DNA from: a virus
Lineage: Duplodnaviria > Caudoviricetes
Reading direction: 5' to 3' (one strand)
Virus record (IMG/VR): IMGVR_UViG_3300037247_001786
Coordinates: 1 to 64,000 of that record
Length of the DNA stretch: 64,000 nucleotides
The notes beneath the pieces were generated by a model. It did no database searches. It worked only from the letters and a program-made list of their open reading frames with translations, and had not been told where the DNA came from. Shown in pieces: positions 54,148-64,000 of the stretch. A program made the translations under genes and the position numbers. Numbering within the stretch: position 1 is the stretch's first letter; each line of letters begins with the position of its first letter.

Positions 54148-56004
54148 ATGACTATAAGCAAAAACAACTTTGTCGTAGTATATATAATTGGAGCTACAAA
54201 TAGCCTCGAATTTGCGGAATATTACGCCGAAAAACATAATATGGACACTATAAATCGCAATCCTTCATCTGGGGAAAATAGTGGATCTATTAACAGTATT
54301 AATTGGGAAGTTAATGGACAATTAATCGGAATCGAATCAGGAGACACTACGGAGATACTTCCTTCAGAAGATTCATTTAATACAAATATATTAAATCCAT
54401 TAAAAGAGGCTCTAGAATCACCTGAGTTAAGAGATAGAAGTATATGGGGAATAGTATTGGGATTTAGAGTTCCTGGTGGATATTATTATATTAATGAATA
54501 TCTAGGAGAGCATACTATCTCTTCTACATCACGTATCTCAAGAATTCATCATGATTTTGAATTGCAATTAGATAATAGATTATATAATAGACAGGTTTTC
54601 AAACGATTTGACCAGGATGATGCAGATTTTGCTTTAATCTGTTCTAGAATAGATGCTCCAACTTTTCTTCAAGCGAAAGAATTTATTGATAATGCAGAAG
54701 AGTTAAGAAGGCAATTATTTGTAGGAGGAACATTCTATATAGACCCATATTCAGACCAGATAGGATCTGATGCAGATGAATATAAAACACTATTAGAAAA
54801 CTTTAGAGATTTTTCTTTGCCAAAATTAAATTTAGATAGTTTCGGCACACAGTTTATTGATCCCTATATCGATGTTACAATACCTTTTGTTCAAGACGAT
54901 TCTTTCGTCTGGTCGTGGATGTCTGGTCAAGCAGATGATGACTTTTTTCAATTTACAAGTTATCCGAGAGCCTTCTTTTATAATGCTGACCTTAATGGGG
55001 GAGCAACTATAAGAAATGAAAACAGTAAAACCTGGCCTATACTTTCAATGAGAGCTGGTTACGTTTGCTGTGCATCTTCTATGTCAGACCCAACTATAAG
55101 TAGTTTCTTGAATCCAATTGCTTTTTACAATGCCCTTTTTAGGCAGGCAACAATAGGAGAGGCTTATCTTTTTAGCTCTCCTTCTGTTGACTGGACTATA
55201 GCTCTTTTTGGAGACCCAATTGTCGCTGTTGGTTTTCCTCAAGCTGTATTAGAAGATACCGAAACATTAGATGATAATCAGTTATGGGAAGTTTCATCTA
55301 AGAATACCTCTAGAATAGCTGCTCAACTTTGGCAAAAAGAGCAAGATCTAGATGATATAAGAATAGCCATAGTCGATTCTCAAATAATAGATGTGGAGAT
55401 AAATCTTCTCCGTCCTGCCCATGAACTATATTCAATGTATTCTTTGCAAAATAGAAAATCATTATTATCTATCCCTGTTAATAGTCTTTTTAATTATCCT
55501 ATTCAGATATATAATGGAATATTTGGGGTAAGTGTTAAGTCTTTGGAAGACTATCTTAATTTAACAGAATATAAAGTTAGCGAGTTGCTTTTAGAAATAA
55601 ATGAGCAAGACATTTCTATTGATAATATTTATGAAGAGGGTTGGTGGGAATTAGAGCATACAATACAAGATAATTATTTTGGTTTTGTAAATTATCATTT
55701 TATATTAGAGATGTATGATAATGAAGACATGACTGGTCCTCCTATTTTTTCATCAGATAGCTCTTCTCTTGATGGATGGTCTTATGAGTTATCTCTTGGC
55801 AATTATGCTGTTCTGCCTATAGGGGGAGTCCCGTCCAGTTACATAGATAGAAAAGTAAGGTATCAAAGTAGAAAAGATGATCTAATAAGTCTTAACGAGT
55901 ACCAGATGAGAGGACAGACCTATTATTTTAGAATTAGACAATACAATGCTGTTCTTGGGACACTTTTTCCTTGGACTAATTATAGTGATATTATTTGGAC
56001 ATAA
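54148..56004 (+). CDS. TIGR03790-like protein with C-terminal extension
   Basis: VVVY...SLEFAEYYAEKH, CSRIDAPT, FYIDP, IGEAY.....VDW....FGDP. Confidence 0.55.
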   Translation: MTISKNNFVVVYIIGATNSLEFAEYYAEKHNMDTINRNPSSGENSGSINSINWEVNGQLIGIESGDTTEILPSEDSFNTNILNPLKEALESPELRDRSIWGIVLGFRVPGGYYYINEYLGEHTISSTSRISRIHHDFELQLDNRLYNRQVFKRFDQDDADFALICSRIDAPTFLQAKEFIDNAEELRRQLFVGGTFYIDPYSDQIGSDADEYKTLLENFRDFSLPKLNLDSFGTQFIDPYIDVTIPFVQDDSFVWSWMSGQADDDFFQFTSYPRAFFYNADLNGGATIRNENSKTWPILSMRAGYVCCASSMSDPTISSFLNPIAFYNALFRQATIGEAYLFSSPSVDWTIALFGDPIVAVGFPQAVLEDTETLDDNQLWEVSSKNTSRIAAQLWQKEQDLDDIRIAIVDSQIIDVEINLLRPAHELYSMYSLQNRKSLLSIPVNSLFNYPIQIYNGIFGVSVKSLEDYLNLTEYKVSELLLEINEQDISIDNIYEEGWWELEHTIQDNYFGFVNYHFILEMYDNEDMTGPPIFSSDSSSLDGWSYELSLGNYAVLPIGGVPSSYIDRKVRYQSRKDDLISLNEYQMRGQTYYFRIRQYNAVLGTLFPWTNYSDIIWT

Positions 56005-56045
56005 ACGATGATTATAATAATTGATAATTTAGTGGGGATAGTATA

Positions 56046-57053
56046 GTGCCAAGTACAGGTTTTAAACTTCCGAATAACGCAGCCGATGGTAATATCTATT
56101 CTGGTGGGTCATCTTGGAATAATCCTTTTGAAATTATAGTTGGTGGTTTTAATACTACATGCTCTCTGGGTCCATTTGGCGATACAAATAGTTTAGAGGG
56201 ATTTGACTTTGATTTTTCTAGTATTCCTAATGATGCAACTATTGACGGCATTGAAGTCAGAATTACTAGAAAGACAGATTTCTCAAATGAAGTCGATGAT
56301 AGCCAAATTAAGCTTATGCGTACATCGGTGGCGATTTCTGGTTCAGATAACAAAGCTGCAGCAGGATTTTGGCCTACAACCTTGCAATCAAAAACTTATG
56401 GAGGTTCAACACAAGACTGGACCGCAAATTTAACTGTATCAGATGTTAAAGATAGTTCATTTGGAGTGTATCTCGTTGCCAAAGGACACCTCGCCGGAGC
56501 AACTGCCGAAGTGGACACTTTCGAGATGAATGTCCATTATACGGAGGCTTCAAGCAGTTCGAGTTCTTCAACAAGTTCAAGTAGTTCAGTAAGTTCTTCT
56601 ATGAGTTCTTCTAGCAGTTCTACAAGTTCAGAAAGCTCCGAAAGTTCATCAAGCTCTTCAAGAAGTTCTTCAAGGAGTGATTGGAATATTTTTTACGTTG
56701 AAATCGAGAGGCTTATAACTAGTTCACAATTGAGAGATGCTGAAACTTTATTATTATACGATATAATTATTGCGACTATTGGTACCTCTTCATTATCAGA
56801 TCGCAAAGGGTTAAAAACTTCGTTTACTGAGTCCTATATTATAGGTAAAGAAAATAATACTCTTTATAACGAAAATTATTATTTAAAAAATATTACTTTT
56901 GTTGGAACCCTTCAATCCTTGGTAGTGGACAATTTCGGATCAGTTGACTCATTTTACGAGACAGAGGATATCATCGTTTCTTCTACTTTTGCTGAATTAT
57001 CAGAACTGGCTGGATACCCCATTTCTCAACAATATATAGAGGATGTTTCTTAA
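56046..57053 (+). CDS. Putative virion structural protein: beta-sandwich domain, poly-Ser linker, C-terminal domain
   Basis: FDFSSIPNDATIDGIEV, YGG..DW; ~45-aa Ser run. Confidence 0.6.
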   Translation: MPSTGFKLPNNAADGNIYSGGSSWNNPFEIIVGGFNTTCSLGPFGDTNSLEGFDFDFSSIPNDATIDGIEVRITRKTDFSNEVDDSQIKLMRTSVAISGSDNKAAAGFWPTTLQSKTYGGSTQDWTANLTVSDVKDSSFGVYLVAKGHLAGATAEVDTFEMNVHYTEASSSSSSSTSSSSSVSSSMSSSSSSTSSESSESSSSSSRSSSRSDWNIFYVEIERLITSSQLRDAETLLLYDIIIATIGTSSLSDRKGLKTSFTESYIIGKENNTLYNENYYLKNITFVGTLQSLVVDNFGSVDSFYETEDIIVSSTFAELSELAGYPISQQYIEDVS

Positions 57054-57073
57054 AAATCAAGAATATTTAAATT

Positions 57074-58948
57074 ATGGCAAATAAAAAAATAGACACAAAA
57101 AAAGATGTTACAGATATAATTAGCTCTATGAGACAAGGTATTTCTAAATCTGTCCATAAGAAGATACCTGACATTATGACTTTTGTAAAAGACCCTGATT
57201 GGTTGGGGTTAAATTTAAATTTATACCCTGTGCAGCAAATAGCTTTAAAGTGTTTCTATAGGGGATCTCTTGGGAATGAAGATCTTACCTTAAATGAAGC
57301 TGAATTAAGACTTTTAAAACAATTAGGGTGTAATACTAATGATAGAGGGAATGTTTTACAAAAATATGAAAGCGGAGAAGTATTTAAAGATTTGGTTTTA
57401 GTATGGGGTAGGCGTAGCGGAAAAGACTTTTGCGTTTCTATCATCGCCCTATATGAGGCTATGAAACTGCTTGAATGTCCTGGGGGAGATCCTTACGCTA
57501 TGTACGAACTTGGCGACGCTAATACTATTAACATCGTTACGATAGCTAACTCTCAAGAACAGGCTAAACTTGCTTTTTCTGAAATGAGAGCCAAACTTCT
57601 TAAAAGTAAATATTTTAAAGATAAATTTTTACCAGATGGATTTACTGCAAATTCCCTTTATCTTTTAACTCCAAAAGATAGAGAAGAAAATATAGAAAGA
57701 AAAGCAAAAAAATATCCTCTTAAAAAAGGATCTATAGGTCTTATAGTAGGTCACTCTAATTCTGATTCATTACTTGGTATGGGATGTATCGTTCTTCTTC
57801 TTGACGAAGTTGCAACCTATAAAAATGCTGACAAAATTTATCAGGCGATGCAACCGACTATTGCAACATATAATAGAAGGGAATATGCAACAGATGAGAA
57901 TGGTGATTATATTTATGATGAATTTGATCAAAAAGAAGTTCATAAAACCCATTATGATGGAAAAATAATTAGCATATCATCTCCTAGAGGTAAAGAAGGG
58001 AAATTTTATGATTTATATAAAAAAGCCCCCACGACAGCTAATAGATTAATGATGAGACTTGCCACTTGGGAAGTTACCCCTCAAAGAAGAGCTGAGTTAA
58101 GAAAAGAATTCTCCGCTATGTCAGATGGTGAATTTAACATGGAGTTCGGTGCTGAATTTAGCGGAACCGGCATGGAGAACTTCTTCTCAGAAGACCAGGT
58201 TAATTGGTGCTTTACAGGGCATAATCTCAATGTAGTCGATATAGGAAGACCAGGAAATGTGTATTTTGCACATTTCGATCCCGCTACATCTAGTCATAAT
58301 TATGCTCTTGTTGTTTTGCATAAAGAATTCTATATGAATCCAGACACCAGAAAAGCAGATTTTATTATAGTTGTAGATCATATAAAATATTGGCATCCGG
58401 TTGCTGGCAAAGCTCTAGATGTTTTTGAAATAACTAATTATCTTGTGAGTTTAAAAAGAAGGTTCCGCATAGGTCTTTTAACTTATGATCAGTTTTCTTC
58501 TCAAGAATGTATATTAAAATTGAGAAAAGCAAGTATCCCAAATAAGTTAATGAGATTTAATCGTCCTCAAAAAATGGCAATGTACAAGGAATTAGAGAAT
58601 CTTATAAATGGAAAAAGATTACTAATACCATATCACCCGTTACTGAGGCAAGAGATGATAGAGCTAAAAAGAAAATTCGACGCCGGTGGATTTAAAGTTA
58701 TGCCTAAACAAGAAGGCGATGGGGCAAAGAGCGACGATATTGTCGATTGTCTTGCAGGAGCCTGTTTCTCAGCTATTGAGAAACAGATAAATAGGCTACC
58801 TAAAGCTAAAACTGTAAGCATCGGCGACGGAGCCGCTAACAATATAGTATGGAGAAATATGCAAGGAGGGGTACAGGGGATAGGGCCAGGAGGACAAGTG
58901 GCAAAAATGCAGGAACGGAGGGCATCTTGGCCTAACTATAGAAGATAA
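57074..58948 (+). CDS. terL: Terminase large subunit
   Basis: Walker A WGRRSGKD, Walker B LLLDE, ISSPRGKEG, EFGAEF, nuclease FDPA...DDIVDC. Confidence 0.88.
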   Translation: MANKKIDTKKDVTDIISSMRQGISKSVHKKIPDIMTFVKDPDWLGLNLNLYPVQQIALKCFYRGSLGNEDLTLNEAELRLLKQLGCNTNDRGNVLQKYESGEVFKDLVLVWGRRSGKDFCVSIIALYEAMKLLECPGGDPYAMYELGDANTINIVTIANSQEQAKLAFSEMRAKLLKSKYFKDKFLPDGFTANSLYLLTPKDREENIERKAKKYPLKKGSIGLIVGHSNSDSLLGMGCIVLLLDEVATYKNADKIYQAMQPTIATYNRREYATDENGDYIYDEFDQKEVHKTHYDGKIISISSPRGKEGKFYDLYKKAPTTANRLMMRLATWEVTPQRRAELRKEFSAMSDGEFNMEFGAEFSGTGMENFFSEDQVNWCFTGHNLNVVDIGRPGNVYFAHFDPATSSHNYALVVLHKEFYMNPDTRKADFIIVVDHIKYWHPVAGKALDVFEITNYLVSLKRRFRIGLLTYDQFSSQECILKLRKASIPNKLMRFNRPQKMAMYKELENLINGKRLLIPYHPLLRQEMIELKRKFDAGGFKVMPKQEGDGAKSDDIVDCLAGACFSAIEKQINRLPKAKTVSIGDGAANNIVWRNMQGGVQGIGPGGQVAKMQERRASWPNYRR

Positions 58949-59016
58949 AATAGAGGATAACTAGATGAAGATCAGAAATCTAAATATCTTTATAATAATT
59001 TAAAGAGGGAGTTAAA

Positions 59017-59652
59017 ATGTCAAAATATAATTTAAGTAAAGAAGCAAAAAAATCAGGATTTAAGAATTATAACAAAATGATAGAAGATAATGTTCTGGTT
59101 CCAGCAGGAGATATTGCGGAAAAAAATATCAACATAAGTTTAGAGACTAAAGATAAAGACAACACAGTTCCATATGAGGTACAGTTAGAAGCTTCAAGGG
59201 ATGGTAAGGATAATCTCATTATTGCTGAAAAGGCTTTGAACGAAAACGAAAAAGTGTATAATGAAAAAAGACTAGATCAAACTGGCGATGTTATGCCTAT
59301 AAATCTTGAAACTATCAAACATGAACAAAAGAAAGAAGAAGTTTATAGAAAAGCGGCTACTGATGGAGATACTGCTTTTTGGGATAAATATCTTAATGTA
59401 TCAGTTGGCGAAACAAAAGTTGATGTTAACGTTCCTATTAGCCAATTACATAATGTTTCTGATAGGTTTAATAAGATTGATGATGCGACAGATGCCAAAT
59501 ACGATAAGATGGTTTATGCGTCTTTAAAAGATGCTGATGCTATGTTATTCCACATTTACGCTACAGCGTCAGGAAGAGACTTGACAGTAGAAGAGAAACA
59601 ACAAGTAGTTGATATTAACAGCGGCAAAGCAAGACTTTTAATGGAAAAATAA
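59017..59652 (+). CDS. Hypothetical protein in the late/structural region
   Basis: RBS GGGAG; follows terL. Confidence 0.7.
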   Translation: MSKYNLSKEAKKSGFKNYNKMIEDNVLVPAGDIAEKNINISLETKDKDNTVPYEVQLEASRDGKDNLIIAEKALNENEKVYNEKRLDQTGDVMPINLETIKHEQKKEEVYRKAATDGDTAFWDKYLNVSVGETKVDVNVPISQLHNVSDRFNKIDDATDAKYDKMVYASLKDADAMLFHIYATASGRDLTVEEKQQVVDINSGKARLLMEK

Positions 59653-59654
59653 TT

Positions 59655-59894
59655 ATGCCTAATTGGTATGAAAAAGCTAAAGCACAGCAACCTGACACTT
59701 CAAGGTATGTAGGCACTATGATGGCTGACATCGAGATTCCTGCCCAAATAGATAAAGAACAAGAGGTGGCAACTGCTAAGCACGTATTAGATAGTTTTCT
59801 TCCTGAATCTACGGATGCTAGTGCTAGAACTGCTATAGAATCAACCGTTAATATTCAAGTTATAGGAGTCGAACAGCGTGGTCAATTGGTATAA
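59655..59894 (+). CDS. Small NWY-tag protein
   Basis: Starts MPNWYEKAKAQ. Confidence 0.65.
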   Translation: MPNWYEKAKAQQPDTSRYVGTMMADIEIPAQIDKEQEVATAKHVLDSFLPESTDASARTAIESTVNIQVIGVEQRGQLV

Positions 59895-60294
59895 ACAATC
59901 TCGTAGGGGGAATATTCCACTAATGGATCAAGACGAAAAAGAGAGGAGAACTACTGACATTGGTATTGTCCAGCCTTTTCTAGGCTCTAATGACAGACAG
60001 ACTAGCGATGGTAAGGGATATCCAAAAGGAATTAGTTCAGATGATGATTATGTAGATGATAAAAATGGAGGATCAGGACATAACGAACTTCCTTCTGGCA
60101 GAACAATTCTTGACGACGACATTTCGGCTGACCCAGGTCAGGGCGAGGGGGCTAATGATGAACGTTTTACCGACCCTATTGACCAGGCACCTAAAAAGAA
60201 GATGGAACCTGCAGGACCTCATAATATGCAAAGGGGTGGAATTTTTGACGATGTGGCTAAAAAAACAAGAATGCGAAGTTTAAACAAAATATAA
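59878..60294 (+). CDS. NWYK-tag acidic, Gly/Asp-rich protein
   Basis: Starts MVNWYKQS (GTG start). Confidence 0.65.
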   Translation: MVNWYKQSRRGNIPLMDQDEKERRTTDIGIVQPFLGSNDRQTSDGKGYPKGISSDDDYVDDKNGGSGHNELPSGRTILDDDISADPGQGEGANDERFTDPIDQAPKKKMEPAGPHNMQRGGIFDDVAKKTRMRSLNKI

Positions 60295-60314
60295 TTTTAA
60301 TAAAAAAAATAGTT

Positions 60315-60342
60315 AAAAGCCTCTATTTTTAGAGGCTTTTTT
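60315..60342 (+). terminator. Rho-independent terminator, bidirectional
   Basis: AAAAGCCTCTA-TTT-TAGAGGCTTTTTT. Confidence 0.85.
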
Positions 60343-60419
60343 AATATAAAATCAACAAAAAGACATGTTTCTATCGATATAATAAAGTAAAGGTATGTTT
60401 TTTTAAAAAGGAGTTAAAG

Positions 60420-61394
60420 ATGAAGTTTATAGTTTCCTCAAAAGTAAAAGGTTCATTAATTTTAAAAACTTTAGGCAGAGCAGTGTCTGCGAAGTCTAGC
60501 GTTTATGTAGAAGGTAATGATTTATATGCAGATGATATTCAAAGGGCTATTAAGTCTAAATTTCTTATTCCTGCTGATCCTAGACAAGAAATAGAAGTTA
60601 AAGAAAATATTATTAATAAAACTTCTGAAGTGATTATTATAAATAAAACAGACAGGGTTGTCATTGTTGGAAATATCCCTATTAGACCTAATGGCTCAAC
60701 CATTAAAGATATCACTGAAATAGATATGAATTCTATTAAGCAAGCTATTGCAAGAAATCAGATTCAAGTTATCGTTGATGTAGATGAGGAATTATTTCAA
60801 GAGAATTCTCCTATTAAAAAAAGTGTTAAGATAGCAGATAAAGCGAAAAATATTAAGATAGAAAAAAACGATACTGAAGACGGTGAATCGGAGGACAAGA
60901 TAGTAGAAGACGAAGTTAATTCTGTTGTATGGGATTTTAGAAGACAAAAAATAGTCGATCCCGAAATAGTTCCTAAAACAAATCAAATTATAAATGCAGA
61001 ACCTGAGAAAAAAGATGAAGATGTAGATATGATAGACGCTTTAGACGAAGTGAATGATATCGAAGCAAATTCTACGCAAAATAATAAAGATAATATTTCT
61101 AAAAAAATTGAAACCATACAAAAAAAAGTTACTAAAAAAACATCTAAAAAGAAAAAAGTGACAAAAGCATCAACTTCTAAAAAGAAGGAATTAAACGACA
61201 CAAAAGAGAAATCTACTGAAGATATAGTCCCAGCTCTAGATAGTATGGGAAGAATTCTTAAAAATGATATGAATCATATGATAAGCGAAGAAAAAAATGA
61301 TATATCATTTGTGGATAAAGAACAAGCTAAGAAAAAGATAGACAATACAAATAAGAAAAAATCTGGAATTTTAGATTTAGATTTAGATTGGTAA
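60420..61394 (+). CDS. Hypothetical protein with charged, low-complexity C-terminal half
   Basis: RBS AGGAG; K/E/D-rich tail. Confidence 0.7.
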   Translation: MKFIVSSKVKGSLILKTLGRAVSAKSSVYVEGNDLYADDIQRAIKSKFLIPADPRQEIEVKENIINKTSEVIIINKTDRVVIVGNIPIRPNGSTIKDITEIDMNSIKQAIARNQIQVIVDVDEELFQENSPIKKSVKIADKAKNIKIEKNDTEDGESEDKIVEDEVNSVVWDFRRQKIVDPEIVPKTNQIINAEPEKKDEDVDMIDALDEVNDIEANSTQNNKDNISKKIETIQKKVTKKTSKKKKVTKASTSKKKELNDTKEKSTEDIVPALDSMGRILKNDMNHMISEEKNDISFVDKEQAKKKIDNTNKKKSGILDLDLDW

Positions 61395-61400
61395 TGAATA

Positions 61401-62177
61401 ATGGATACTTGGACAACATTAAATAAAGAACTAGAGTACTATGGTATTCATCTTATAACTGATGTTGAGTGCGAGTGCCTTAAAGAAGATGGTACGAAAG
61501 TTAGTCAAGGAATTATGAAAACTATTCGTATGATTAATAAGTCTATAAACAAGCATAAACAGATACTTGTCTCTTTATGGGATAATGCTTGTGACTTAAT
61601 TACCGAAGATCGATTAGTAGAAGAATGTTTTCATGATGTAAAAATAAAAAAACTTTTTATCTTTACGCTTAAAGATATGTCAAAATTTTTACTTATGTTC
61701 GATATTCCCAATGAATCCTATTTAAGTAAAGGCATTAATGCTTCTTTAGATAGGGATATAAAATCTTTTTCTTCAGAGCAAATAAGTGAGATAATAGATT
61801 ATAAAATATCAATTGATTGGATACATCGAGTCATACAAAGGTTGTATTATATTTGTAATTTATTAGCTTTTGCATCTATTGGGAAAGAGAAAGTCTCTAC
61901 ATATGATATCAAGATAGCAGAAGGCATATCTGGACCTTGGGCTAATCTAGATTTACCTAAACTAGAAAGAGTTTATCCTTTTGAACAAGAAGAGCAACAT
62001 GGAAGAACGAAAGATAAACAGCATCAAAGAAGATACAGAAAAGGCTTTGAGAACTATAATAACGACGGTCGCGTTGGCGAGGGTCATTACTGGAGAGAAT
62101 TAAGGAACGAACCTTATAGTTGGTTTGATAATGCATCAGAAAGCCCATATCCACATAGAAACCTCTTATGGAATTAG
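61401..62177 (+). CDS. Hypothetical protein
   Basis: 258-aa ORF; no motif recognised. Confidence 0.7.
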   Translation: MDTWTTLNKELEYYGIHLITDVECECLKEDGTKVSQGIMKTIRMINKSINKHKQILVSLWDNACDLITEDRLVEECFHDVKIKKLFIFTLKDMSKFLLMFDIPNESYLSKGINASLDRDIKSFSSEQISEIIDYKISIDWIHRVIQRLYYICNLLAFASIGKEKVSTYDIKIAEGISGPWANLDLPKLERVYPFEQEEQHGRTKDKQHQRRYRKGFENYNNDGRVGEGHYWRELRNEPYSWFDNASESPYPHRNLLWN

Positions 62178-62290
62178 GGTTTTAGATATGCTATTTAACA
62201 TAAAAACAAGAAATAAGCCTAAATTTTAAAGGATTTTTAAAATATTTACAGAATTCTATAAATAACGAGAAGTTAATTTATGGAGTAAAA

Positions 62291-62989
62291 ATGAGTATTA
62301 TCGAGAGTCTAACGAAAAAATGTAAATTTTGCGGTGACTATTTCAGGTCAACTAAAAAAAGAAGAACATATTGTTCAGACGGATGTTTTGATGGTTCCGT
62401 AAAAGAAAGACAGAAAAGATACAGAGAAGACAATAAGAAAGAAATTTTTAAAAGAAAAACAACCTGCAAGTATTGTAATAATAAATTTAAAATAGAAGAA
62501 CTTAAAGAAAGATGTTGCGATAGTAAAGATTGTTTAAAAGAGAAAAAAAAGGAGAAACAAAGAGTATCTTGGAAAAAGCATTATAATAAAAATATAAAAA
62601 AAACTACCAAGAAATTTAAAAAGAAAGATGCTGAGAGTAGCCGAAATTATAGGCGAACCCATACGGACGAAATTAACAAGAGAGACAGATCCCGTAAAAA
62701 AGAAAAAAGAGATTGGGTCGATAGTTTGAAAAAAAAATGCAAATGTAGTAGATGTAAAGATGATAGACACTTCTGTTTAGAGTATCATCATTTGAAGCCT
62801 GAAAATAAAAAATTTGCTATCTCGCAAGCTATAAGACAGGGATATGGCAAAGAAAGTATTTTAAAAGAAATAGAAAAATGTATTGTACTTTGCAGTAATT
62901 GTCATAGACACCTGCATTATCTAGAAAAGGAAATAGAAAATTGGAAACCATCAGAAGAATGGTTAAATAGTAAGGAGATTTTAGTATGA
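62291..62989 (+). CDS. HNH endonuclease with N-terminal CxxC units
   Basis: CSRC...LEYHHL.P..K.F.I...EIEKC.VLCSNCHR..H. Confidence 0.85.
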   Translation: MSIIESLTKKCKFCGDYFRSTKKRRTYCSDGCFDGSVKERQKRYREDNKKEIFKRKTTCKYCNNKFKIEELKERCCDSKDCLKEKKKEKQRVSWKKHYNKNIKKTTKKFKKKDAESSRNYRRTHTDEINKRDRSRKKEKRDWVDSLKKKCKCSRCKDDRHFCLEYHHLKPENKKFAISQAIRQGYGKESILKEIEKCIVLCSNCHRHLHYLEKEIENWKPSEEWLNSKEILV

Positions 62990-63144
62990 AAATTTTTAAA
63001 ACAGCAAATTATATAAAAATAGCAAAAGAACAAGGGTGTAGAGGATGTGGCAATTTAGCTGTTGGTCATAATGGCCTTTGCCAGAAATGTCAGGAAGAAG
63101 AGGAAGGAATAAAAGAAAGAATGGATAGTTCTAAATATGAATAA
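62986..63144 (+). CDS. Small zinc-finger protein, 52 aa, not in the ORF track
   Basis: MKIFKTANYIKIAKEQGCRGCGNLAVGHNGLCQKCQEE...; ATG overlaps the HNH stop; RBS AAGGAG. Confidence 0.6.
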   Translation: MKIFKTANYIKIAKEQGCRGCGNLAVGHNGLCQKCQEEEEGIKERMDSSKYE

Positions 63145-63271
63145 AGAAATTAATAGAATATTAAAAACTAATATCAAAGATATCGAGCCTCGTTTTAGAC
63201 CGTTATATAAATATATGAAATATATATGCTCTGGTGGAAAACCAAGAAATGATTAAAAAGGAAATATAAAA

Positions 63272-63691
63272 ATGAAAAAGCATTCACAATCGATATTTGA
63301 TTCTTTAATTAGAATTATGCCTGAATTAAAAGAAAATGTACGTTTTGGAGACGAATTAGTTGATCCTCTCGCAGCAAATGCTTTATTCCAAATATGGAGA
63401 ACTGGCAGCAGCTCTGATCAAAAAACATATAAAAGACCAATGACTTTTTCCCATGACGACTTACAAAGAATGCAAAAAGCTGATTTGGTAAAAGTTTTAG
63501 GGGATAAATTTGAAGTTACCGAAAAAGGTGCAAATGTTATCAAAGTTATGATACTAGGAGATGATAGGTCAGTTTTTGAAGAAAATGGTTTAAATGTTGA
63601 CTACCATACAGCACTTGATAACACTAAAAATGTAAAAGTAGCGAAAACTCAAAAAATAGCTGGCTGGTGGAATAGGTACACCGAGGAATAG
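63272..63691 (+). CDS. Hypothetical protein
   Basis: RBS AAGGA; 139 aa. Confidence 0.65.
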   Translation: MKKHSQSIFDSLIRIMPELKENVRFGDELVDPLAANALFQIWRTGSSSDQKTYKRPMTFSHDDLQRMQKADLVKVLGDKFEVTEKGANVIKVMILGDDRSVFEENGLNVDYHTALDNTKNVKVAKTQKIAGWWNRYTEE

Positions 63692-64000
63692 ATGAGGCAA
63701 GTAACTGTAATTTATAGAAATAGATCAGAGCCAACAAAAGTTTTAACAAAAAATAAACTGCAATGGTATGACCCTTTAAAAAAAGAGATGCAACATTTCG
63801 AGGGCGGTTGTCTTGAATTTGAATATATAGAAGATCAATATCTCGTCGCTATTGGATCACAGCAAAGATCAAATCAAGGAATTCATAGTACTTTTAGACT
63901 ATTGCCTAAAGCGGTTGATTTAGAGATAATATCAACTCATAAAGTATCTGATAATAAAAAGTTTTTAAAGTTTTTTGATAATTATCTTAATTATAATATG
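63692..64000 (+). CDS. Hypothetical protein, 3' truncated by the window edge
   Basis: ATG directly after the previous TAG; open to the window end (MRQVTVIYRNRSEP...). Confidence 0.55.
   Translation, partial: MRQVTVIYRNRSEPTKVLTKNKLQWYDPLKKEMQHFEGGCLEFEYIEDQYLVAIGSQQRSNQGIHSTFRLLPKAVDLEIISTHKVSDNKKFLKFFDNYLNYNM

Noticed and set aside
4153-62770. The many 60-125 aa opposite-strand or nested ORFs in the ORF track (e.g. 4924..5142, 14510..14827, 41487..42020, 48096..48401)
   Set aside because: They are shadows of longer motif-bearing genes, with no RBS or recognisable motifs.
1-64000. Stop-codon reassignment, as in some large phages
   Set aside because: Long conserved genes (RNR, ligase, terminase, PncB) are intact in the standard code, and TAG and TGA both terminate genes at tight junctions.

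Overview
This AT-rich, gene-dense window reads as part of a large tailed dsDNA phage genome. The evidence is a terminase large subunit, an intein-containing class II RNR, dUTPase, NAD-dependent ligase, a FliA/WhiG-like sigma factor, tRNAs and several homing endonucleases, all read in the standard genetic code. Four things stand out. (1) A minus-strand operon in which a SPASM/twitch-type radical SAM enzyme is followed by 13 otherwise divergent small genes that all begin with the same 16-aa tag, MK(I/V)RxGF(V/I)SNSSSSSF; a TerY-like vWA/PP2C/Ser-Thr kinase triad lies just upstream. (2) A second N-terminal tag, MNWYKxAQ, on 10 scattered ORFs (plus a weaker match at 33189) whose bodies are unrelated effector-like domains (PcfJ-like, GNAT, ART-like, ParB-like, lytic transglycosylase), suggesting a virion-loading signal. 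(3) All four enzymes of the deamidating NAD salvage route (PncA, PncB, NadD, NadE). (4) An HNH intein next to the catalytic His of a papain-like protease, and two tRNA-like genes with expanded anticodon loops. All family assignments come from motif recognition by eye; no database search was run, so novelty is unverified.
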